Made by a program: the position numbers and the translations under genes. Below the pieces are notes generated by a model. It saw only the letters and a program-made list of their open reading frames with translations. It searched no databases and was not told where the DNA came from. This document shows, piece by piece, positions 44,580 to 64,000 of a DNA stretch of 64,000 bases. Each line of letters starts with the position of its first letter. The stretch's first letter is position 1. The stretch is from assembly GCA_963693365.1 (NCBI GenBank), contig CAVNZM010000017.1:3701375-3765374 (forward strand), written 5' to 3'. The stretch is from Amoebidium appalachense. Lineage: Eukaryota; Protista; Ichthyosporea.

Positions 44580-45945
44580 TGTGCCCAGGTGCATGCTGAC
44601 ATGTTCACAGGGGACAAGTACACACAGTCCGCCTCTGACCTGCTGCACACGGACCCTAAGGACGAGCACATGCAGGGTCTGCACTTCCAGTCCGTCGCAT
44701 CTCTCCCTGCATCCGTACGTGGCCCCTGCCCCATGCACATGCTCTTTAGATGCCAGGGGGGGGGGGGGGGGGGGTGCGGAAGGGGCTCCGAGGTTAGTAT
44801 GTGTTACGGAGTACGACGTACAGATTCACGACGGACAAGACAAGGCAGAAATTGCAGAGGGCCCATCGGGGCAGGTGGGGTGGCCGGGGAAGGGGGGGGG
44901 GGTGAAAGGGATGCCTTCAAGTTTTGGCATGCAATTAAGTAGAGAGTAGAGAGCCCATCGGGGGGGAGGCTGGGGGGCAAGGAGAGGAGGGGATGACTGT
45001 TGAAATGGTTCAATGCACAGCCCGGGCCAGCCAAGTCAGGGGAGCGGCGGTGGAAGGCTGACTTCATGGCCAGAATACGGCAGCTGACCAGCCCGGCTAA
45101 AAAAACAGACCCGGCACCTATGGTGGTGGGGGGGGCTGGACTCAACACAGCTGCACTGACTGCTACAAAGGAGGTGTGTGTGGCTGGGTGGTGGTTGTGC
45201 TGGGGGTAAACAGCATAGTGGTTTTTCGGACTGGCTCAATTTGTAGCGATGTTATTACCCCCCCAAAAGCGCTTTTTTCGTTGTAGACCATATATTACCT
45301 GAGATCTCATAATTTTTACGATATGGTTTTTTGGAAATAATAGTCCTCCAGGCTTACTCTGCAGCCGAAAAAGTTTGCCAGCAAGGTGGCAAAACTAAAA
45401 ATGGAGCACAAAACTGGCTAATTTTGATTGGGTAACACCTGCCATCATGCTGGTAAATCATTGGTGTGCATACAGGCCACACCGGGGTGTGAGGGCCCAG
45501 GGCTGTTTGGAGCCACACTCGATGCAGCTACAGACGGGGGCAAGAGGCTGCCTGTGCTGCTAGCTGAGTGCATGGCCTATCTGGAGAGGGAGGGTAGGTG
45601 ACGGGCACACTGGGGGTAATGTGTGCGTGTGTGTGGGATGCATTGCTGACTGTTGCTGGTGGGTGGGGGCGGGCAGGTTTAGAGGTGCGGGGGCTGTATC
45701 GTGTCAGCGGCAATGTGGGCAAGATCAACACACTGAAGGCCGCATACCACAAGGGTATGTGGCACAGTACGTGAGGAGTCTGGTTTCGGATGATTTGCTG
45801 TCTCTCTTTCTTTTTCTTTTTTCCCGCCTTTTTTGTGTGAGATTGGTGTGGGACTGATTGTTGACGAAAAGCTTGGGGTTGGCTGCCACCGTCGGAGGGT
45901 ACGGGCAAGCTGCCAGGAGGGGGAGCTTGCCCCCGGGGGGAGGGG

Positions 45946-46001
<56 letters not shown>

Positions 46002-46339
46002 GGGGGGGGAGGGGGGGAGGGGGGGGGAGGGTGCCGTGACTGTAAGTCAGAATGGCAAGGGCTGGGGCATTTTGGCCGAGATCCAACTGCCTTTGTATGG
46101 GGCGGCATTATGCAGCCGGCCAGATTTTTTGGCTTTCACACGGTGCTGATGGCACGGGTGTGCAGGCCAGGCGGCAGACCTCAACGGGCCAGGCATCAAC
46201 CCCCATGCCGTGACCGGGCTGGTCAAGGCGTATCTGCGTGAGCTACCAGAAAACATGCTGACTAAGCAGAACCGCCTAAGAATGACTGAGGTCGCTGGTA
46301 CGTGCTATAGAACAATCAACGGGGCAGTTGGGGTTTTTT

Positions 46340-46384
<45 letters not shown>

Positions 46385-46905
46385 CTGGGGGGGGCTGGGG
46401 ATGGGAACTGACATGATGGGGAAAACAGGGCTCGAAAACGATGGAGAGAGGTTGAAGGAGGTGACGGCCATGGTTGCAGGCCTGCCCCAGGCCAACTACA
46501 TGGTGCTGCAGGCAATCAGCTTTCATCTTGCTAAGGTGGGGTGTGTCCTCCATGCCCCATTCCCGCATCCCCACATTCCAGACACTTTGCAAATCATTTA
46601 TAAAACGCTGTGCGAGTGGAGCTTGGCCCCTCAGGCAGGCAATTATGGGCATAGTCGACATGGCTTACGAAATGGTGATAGGTCTATTGGGGTTTGGTCT
46701 TTTTTCTTGTAGCAACATAACATGCTGGCACTTGTGGTGACCATTATATTTTACCATGCAGGTGGCCAGCATGCACGAGCACAACATGATGAATGCCGAG
46801 AACCTGGCCATCTGCATCAGCCCCACCGTCAACGTCCCCCGCAGCATCCTGCGGGCCATGATTGAAAACCCGGCCACCGTGTTTGCACGGCAGGCCACGG
46901 CTTGA
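39094..46905 (+). CDS. RhoGAP with two putative N-terminal Ras-association (RA/ubiquitin-like) domains (spliced; start tentative)
   Basis: The GAP domain reads LFGATL...[16 protein letters not shown] | [12 protein letters not shown] (arginine finger) | [20 protein letters not shown] | [18 protein letters not shown] | [18 protein letters not shown]-like segments are IIVRIYS...[25 protein letters not shown]...ESYGISLV...[10 protein letters not shown] and [26 protein letters not shown]...[10 protein letters not shown]. Confidence 0.85.
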
Positions 46906-47144
46906 TTATGCACGAAACAGACGTAGCAGGTCTAGGCATGTAGGCTTTATTTGCGTAGTTGTATGACCATGTACATGTACAGCATCTTAGTTTACGATAT
47001 GCTGGCTGGCAGGCATGACCGGCACCGGGCCACTGCACATGCAGGCTGCAAACAAAACGTTTATCAGCAGTGCATTTGAATATCGAATATATATTGCAAC
47101 AGTTTCTCCCCGAAATATGGGTCAGTGCCCAACTGCCCATGCCC

Positions 47145-47180
<36 letters not shown>

Positions 47181-47737
47181 CCCCAGGGCGTGCAGATGCA
47201 GACAATTACCCCCTTTCCAATTCATTCATAGTAGAAACTAATATTGGGCCATCCGAATCGCAACCAATTGGAAACACGGTGAAATGTGCACAATCACGCC
47301 AGAGTGTAACCAGTACATTACATACTTTTGTGTGCTAAAAGGCCAGCACCGTCCACTAGTAGCAATACATGCTTATCCCACCACCCAAGAGTCTTAACCC
47401 CGCAGGCGTCCTAAACATGGTTAGTTAGTCACAAGCATAAAAAACTAATGTCATAGACCTCCATAGCATATAAATTAATGTATCAGTGCAGGCATATACA
47501 CCGAGGTTAACGTTCTCCAAAACACACGTCTACCATCACAGGCTCCTGCAAGCATCTATACAGTTCATTCGCAGAATCAAATTCTTCCGCACATGTGCAC
47601 ACCTGATCGTTAAAAGATAGCAGCATGCACTGCCCCCCTACACAACATTCAACATATCCTGACTTGATATATACAGCGCACAAAGGCCACAATCCCGATA
47701 ATATTATCCACATTCGCAATATCCCCAGCCAGCAGTG

Positions 47738-58351
<10,614 letters not shown>

Positions 58352-59062
58352 GTTCCAGAGAGGTGGCTAACACTGTGTTTATTAGAGAGGATCTAGAGTC
58401 TAACCTGCGATCGATCAGAAGGGAAACTACACGGCCAGGATCTTGAAAAACACGTGTTCCTTGTATATGCAGCAAGCATCACGCCTTATATTTTAAGTAA
58501 CATTTATCAAAAGTATTGCAGCCCCAGGCTAGGACAGAGGCCAGCACGCTGTCTGGCTTGGAACCAGCGATAGGAAAGCACTAAGCGGTGCTTTTGACTG
58601 GGTATACTCCTTGGATTCTGTTCAATAGTCATGTGACTCTGCTCAGACAATGCCTATATGTCTTTCTTCAAAATAGCACAAGTCAAAGGAAACCAAAACA
58701 GAATATGACCCGGTTATTCGCACTCAGGTGCAAGTATGTATAGATTCTCGTTATGTGTACACGTTTCAAGAGCTTGTTTCAACTCGAATCAAGGCCTCCT
58801 ACAGCAGATAAACTCTATGATATAGGCCTTGACTCGAATGCAAGTCTCGCAAAAGCTGAACAACAACAAAAAAGCCCTTGGGCATTGACGGTTGTCGGTT
58901 TGCGTAAATTTAATGCAAAAATCATGCATTTCTGTGATGATGAAACGAAAACTTTTGAAACAAGAAACGTAACTTCGCAGTATTCTTACTATATAAATAG
59001 GTTGGTTCTAACTGTCTAAGGCAAACTACAAGCAAGTGATTTGTAGTATATACACCTCTAAC

Positions 59063-59707
59063 ATGGCGTCCTACAACTACTCGTATATTTTCAAGTACAT
59101 AGTGATTGGTGACATGGGGGCAGGGAAGTCCTGTGTGCTCCACCAGTTCACCGAAAAGAAGTTCATGGCCGACTGCCCACACACCATCGGTGTTGAGTTC
59201 GGCACGAGGATCATAGAGGTATCGGGCCAGAAGGTCAAACTGCAGATATGGGACACTGCCGGCCAGGAGCGCTTTCGTGCAGTGACACGGTCATACTACC
59301 GAGGAGCAGCAGGGGTTCTGATGGTGTATGATATAACTCGTCGAACCACTTACAACCACCTCTCTTCGTGGCTGACGGACGCACGCAACCTCACAAACCC
59401 CAACACTGTAGTGTTTCTCATCGGAAACAAGTCCGATTTGAACGACCAGCGAGAAGTTCCGTTTGAAGAGGCCAAGCAGTTTGCAGACGAGCACGGTCTG
59501 AAGTTCCTTGAAGTGAGTGCAAGGACGGGTGAGAATGTGGAAGAGGCCTTCTTGGAGACTGCACGGACCATCTATCAAAGCATTCAGGATGGTTCTCTTG
59601 ACCTCAACTCAGCTGATTCTGGGGTGCAACATAAACCGGCAACGCGGGGTATAGCATTAAGCAGGGAGAACCAAGACGAAGGAGCAGATTCGGGTTGTGC
59701 TTGTTGA
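59063..59707 (+). CDS. RAB14: Rab14 small GTPase (intronless CDS)
   Basis: [82 protein letters not shown]...[19 protein letters not shown]...GCAC. This is near-identical to animal Rab14 and ends in a CXC prenylation motif. Confidence 0.97.
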   Translation: MASYNYSYIFKYIVIGDMGAGKSCVLHQFTEKKFMADCPHTIGVEFGTRIIEVSGQKVKLQIWDTAGQERFRAVTRSYYRGAAGVLMVYDITRRTTYNHLSSWLTDARNLTNPNTVVFLIGNKSDLNDQREVPFEEAKQFADEHGLKFLEVSARTGENVEEAFLETARTIYQSIQDGSLDLNSADSGVQHKPATRGIALSRENQDEGADSGCAC

Positions 59708-60961
59708 ACCATCTTACTGTATAAGCTCGTGGACACGTTGGTTCTCTTACTAGATTCAATGATGTACCACAAGACCGGCCTGTTCAGAGTTGTGTAGGAA
59801 CGATTTACTCGCTATGCACCTCTTCCTGTTGTACTCACTCAGGATCCTTCACGACACTCGTGGCATCTAGCTACATATGATAAGGTATTGTGCACAGATG
59901 GTATTTAACATAGCAGAGCTGTGCGTCTTTATGCCTGTGTCAAAAACAATACCATGCTGAGTGCTCAGCTCACTTGCTCTTACGAGGGATTGCGGTTGTG
60001 CTTGTTTCTCTACAACAGCTGTAGCCGTCGTGTCCTGTTTTTAGTCACCAACTGTCGGTTGCATGGAGTGTGAGCTGCCAGTGACAGATTGTGTACACAT
60101 ATTAGAAGCAACTGGCAGCGGCGCTCGTGAAGTGCATGCTTTCAGCTGAGTGCTCTGCCAATGACTGTTTAACTCTATGCTACCCACAAGTTTGTCAGGA
60201 ATCTCCCTCTTGGGCACGGCATACACCTGTGCTGTGTTGACACGTTATGTTTAGCTTTGGTGCACACCACTGTCTAAGGCTATGAATTACCTCCATAGCC
60301 TGCCACTTGTTTTCGTGTGCCATGACTTACAAAGACCCATGTTGACTTCGCTTGCTTTTCATGCAAACACACGCGCACATACAGACGTGCTGCAGGCGCA
60401 CAAAAAACTGTAGGCATGCGAAGGGCACGAAATCTTGGCTCAGCAGTGCAGAATTGGGCTTGCGTGTGCAATGTAGCCTTCACAGACGCACAAAAGCACA
60501 CTTGCACAAGTCGCAGAAGTACTTGTACACGTACTGTCACCGTAAAAAGCTGTTGCTGGATGTACTCTAAACCGGGATGCCATCTCCTACGACCCGATTT
60601 CACAGCGTATGCGTCTTTATGGAGGCTTTTAATCTTGTTTGAAGTGCGCCTCTGTATTCTTTGTTACACATACGTGGTTGTACACTGGGGAGGGTCACTG
60701 AGCTTGCCTTGTACGACGTTTTTGCACTTGCGTATGGCGCCTTAGACCTGCAAGGCCGTGCACGATAGACACTGCACACTCCAAAGAAACTTAAATGGCC
60801 TAAAGTACAGCCTGGCAACTACAAAGTCCTCGTCAGCAAAGTCGGATATGTGATAGAATAATCCTTGTAACGGCCTTACTGGTGAATCGAATTTACGGCA
60901 TCTTTAGAACAAGGGTTACTTTTTAGCACAGTCTGGAACTGACTGGCTCTTATACCGATGA

Positions 60962-62128
60962 CTAGAGCTCTGGAGCCTTTACTTTTACACTAGGACTGGT
61001 CAGCCCGAAGGGAAGAAGCTCATCCACATCGCCAGCAAGCTCCTCCGGAATGCTCTTGTCGCTTGGAGAATGGAGTTCGGCAAGCGACATCGAACTGGAA
61101 GACCCCGAGTAGCTACGAAAGCGACCGCCCTTCCGCGCGTCTGAAAGCAAGCGTGGAGAGTTGTGGGGTGAGCGCCGTGTATTGCTCGGTGACAGTGGGG
61201 TTTTTGCAGGTGCCAGTGATGCTTCGCTGCCGAAGGTAAACCCCTCCATGCTAGAGGAAGCCAGGATACTGCTCGTCGAGGAACTTGCTGGTCTTGCTCT
61301 GGTAGCATGTTGCCTTTGGCTCTTGTCGTCTATGAGCGCCGCTTCAGGTTGGTGGGGCGCACCTGAGTCGTGCAGGTTTGGCAGCGACGAAGACTTGCTT
61401 GTGTCGGGTTCCTTGTCGAGAGCAAAGAAGTGGCTGGGTCCGTTGCCGCCGGTAGAAGTTGCCGGTGCTGCCTTTGGGCTGTCCATGCGGCTCAAGTCAA
61501 GGCTCCCAGCTCGCCGTGTGAGAGTGTCAAAACCCCTTGTCTGCTTTCCGGGTTTCTGGAACACCAAGCGTGGGCTCTCAGGAGACGGTGTCGGGGAACC
61601 CACCATTTGTAGTGTTCGGTCTGGGGATGGGGAAGGTGGGAGCGACACTGTTTCCCAGTCGGTTTCAGCCATGGAGTGTGCCCAGGGGAGAGAGTTCTTA
61701 GGCATTTGAGCTGGTGGTTGCGTGGCTTTGGGATCCGCCCACCTTTTCTCGCGTATCTTCGTAATTACCGACTTTATTGCTGTGTCAAGGGCTTTGCCGT
61801 CTTTTGTGTAGAACAGTTGTGGCTGGTCAGCGTAGGAACCAAAGAAGAGCTGGGCACTCGTGTCCGTTATCTTCCAGGAGTGAAGTTGGCTCATGGCAAA
61901 CTGCTGTCGTACTTCTCCGGTTCTGGGATTGAGGAACTGGATGCCCTGATGACCAACCTTCAAAATACACTTGGTTAGGGCATTGCTCCAGCCTTCTTTC
62001 CATTGCTCGCCCACAAACAAGTAGTCGTCTCCGTTGAGGCTTTTGTATGCCGTCATCTGGCAGGTGAGCAAGTGTGCAACTACTGCAGCATCCATATTGG
62101 TTGCTGAGGGCGTGTCCGATAAACTCAT
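60962..62128 (-). CDS. Intronless 388-aa protein: N-terminal PTB/FERM-F3 (talin-like) domain plus a Ser/Pro-rich disordered tail
   Basis: A clean single ORF with non-repetitive sequence. Residues ~35-128 align by eye to talin F3 (see findings). Confidence 0.75.
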   Translation of the reverse strand: MSLSDTPSATNMDAAVVAHLLTCQMTAYKSLNGDDYLFVGEQWKEGWSNALTKCILKVGHQGIQFLNPRTGEVRQQFAMSQLHSWKITDTSAQLFFGSYADQPQLFYTKDGKALDTAIKSVITKIREKRWADPKATQPPAQMPKNSLPWAHSMAETDWETVSLPPSPSPDRTLQMVGSPTPSPESPRLVFQKPGKQTRGFDTLTRRAGSLDLSRMDSPKAAPATSTGGNGPSHFFALDKEPDTSKSSSLPNLHDSGAPHQPEAALIDDKSQRQHATRARPASSSTSSILASSSMEGFTFGSEASLAPAKTPLSPSNTRRSPHNSPRLLSDARKGGRFRSYSGSSSSMSLAELHSPSDKSIPEELAGDVDELLPFGLTSPSVKVKAPEL

Positions 62129-62958
62129 GGTGGAAGGTTAATTGATAAGGCAGTAATAAGTTTGGGCTTGATTTCATGAACCTTTCAGCTCTGTTTTCTG
62201 CGTAAACGTCGGCTGTGACTCAGCCTAGGGAATCTGGTAGGATATCGATTGTGGAAAGGAATTGGGCTGCACTAACAATTCTGGCAAGCGTCAATGCTCA
62301 TTTCAAACATAAAATGAAGGTGGCATGGGTTTAACATTAATTCTTGATATTCCCAAGCGTTTCTTCTTTTTCTTGGGTTTGGATTTGACTCAATCATGGT
62401 TCAAGCATGGGCTCATGTTTTCATCCTTTCCAACTTCCAGTGGGTTGCTGTGGGTTGCAAGAATCATGTGTGCTTGCGCAGGCGGCAGAGGCGCCAAAAA
62501 TAGTGTTCTTATGTAAGCATGATTTTAGAAGGTTGTTTATGAGCTGTTGTTAAAGTTTACAAAATTTACACTCAAAAGTTGCCCAACGCCCATTTTAAAA
62601 TGCTTTATGTTTAATCAAAGAGTAGTCGGACTTCTTGTTTTGCCGCCAAAATTCGCGGCAGTGGTGCAGATCTAGCCAATCAGATGCGTCTTTGAAAATT
62701 CTTTGAGCCACTTCAAACGTTCCGGCTCGCCAAAAGAGACCTTGTGTGTTGACTCTTGAGAGGTTGATCTCAATGCGAGAGCATAGCGTAAGCACTAAAG
62801 ATTTAGAGTGACTCACACAAAAAATATTAGTAAAGCACTACATAATTTATGCTGTGCATCACGGCACACTTCTATTAATTTGATTGAACAGAGGCAGCAT
62901 AAGGCTGTAGGGAGTTCCTGGCATCAGTGGGTGAGACCACCATCAACCGACCATCGCC

Positions 62959-63736
62959 ATGGCAAAGCGGTTTCAAGTGTCCAAGTTCAAGAACACTAGC
63001 CCTCAGGAGGCAAAAAGAGAGGTAGGGGCGCTCTTCATGGGTTTTGACCAGTGCGCGTGTTCGCCATCGCTTACCCTTTGGGCTGTGTTCTGAGAACATT
63101 TACCACCAACAATGTTGGTGTTTGCTTGTTTGCTGCCTTTTTAGCGATTCCCTAGCAACAAGGAAAACATTCTCATAATTCTTCTTTTCTAGCTTTGACA
63201 TAGAAAAGATGCGGCTTTGTGCTAAAGCAATGTTTTTTTGACAGAACTGGTACGCTGAGCTAAGATGTGGGCAGACTTCCACGGACAATTACGGAATGAC
63301 TGCCAGCTGCAAATACCTGGCTTTCCCACTCAGCACAACAGGTATATACTGCCGTTCCCCACACTGCTGTGCTTAACCTGTGTTGCTGCCGACCCACAAA
63401 TAATGCGCTGATGGCACATGTGTAAAAATAGGGAATCACGTTTGCGTAAATTTACCGCTGCGCATCATGGCACTTCTACTTGTGAGCAAAGGGTTGGACC
63501 ATAATTTGCACAAACGGCTCGTCGTATAATCTGGCATCCCGCTTCCCCAATACATCTCGGGGAATCTGACAAGGGATTGTGCAGGGGGCGGGTCAGTATG
63601 TGTTCTCCCGCTGAGTCGTGTCGGCAAGCAGAGTTCCGATATTCCCCACATAGCAGCGCACAGCGGCCCCATCAGTGACTTGGCCTTCTCGCCCTTTAGT
63701 GATGGGCTACTGGCAACCGGTTCTGACGACACATAT
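62959..63736 (+). CDS. CORO7: Coronin, coronin-7/POD-1-like (first three exons; continues beyond the window)
   Basis: Exons read MAKRFQVSKFKNTSPQEAKRE | NWYAELRCG...ASCKYLAFP | GGGSVCVLPL...AHSGPISDLAFSPFSDGLLATGSDDT. Compare CORO7 MNRFRVSKFRH...HSDLVTDLDFSPFDDFLLATGSAD. Confidence 0.85.
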
Positions 63737-64000
63737 GTAAGCCCACTCAAGCCTTCACCCGGCTTTGGTTCATGCATGCAACCACCCGTGTCTGAAACGC
63801 TTCCATTTTGCTGTTACTAACACAACTCGACACGTTTTATCCCCCTCTCCCCCCCTAACCCGTTCTCACTTCTGACCACCATCATTGCCCTCCCTCCCTC
63901 CCCTCCCCCCACCCCTCCCCCCTCCCCCCACCCACCCACCACCACCATCACCACTACTACCCGGCACCACCACCACCACCACCCACTTTCACCGACTTTG

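Overview
Intron-rich eukaryotic genomic DNA, not prokaryotic or viral. The animal-like Rab14, ACAP, coronin-7 and talin-F3-like proteins, combined with fungal-style branch points (RCTRAC close to the AG), suggest a unicellular holozoan such as an ichthyosporean (inference). Most long ORFs in the supplied track are artefacts of (CA)n, (GA)n and poly-G/C tracts. Manual exon joining gives 12 genes in this order: UBAC2-like (5'-partial), a mitochondrial PPR-like protein, a CHY-RING (Pirh2/RCHY1-like) protein with an unusual hydrophobic tail, a DUF2062 membrane protein, a type II membrane beta-helix (Pmp-repeat-like) protein, MTHFR, DDX3/Ded1, an RA-RA-RhoGAP, an ACAP-like BAR-PH-ArfGAP-ANK protein with a second PH domain, an intronless Rab14, an intronless stand-alone talin-F3-like protein, and the start of coronin-7. 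Non-coding features are a TA-flanked MITE, an array of GCAGAATAATTCTGC-like palindromes, several intronic minisatellites, repeated duplication of exon ends with their splice donors, and an unnamed ~100-170 bp dispersed intronic element (7 copies or fragments). CDS coordinates span introns, were read by eye and may be off by a few bases. No database search was run.
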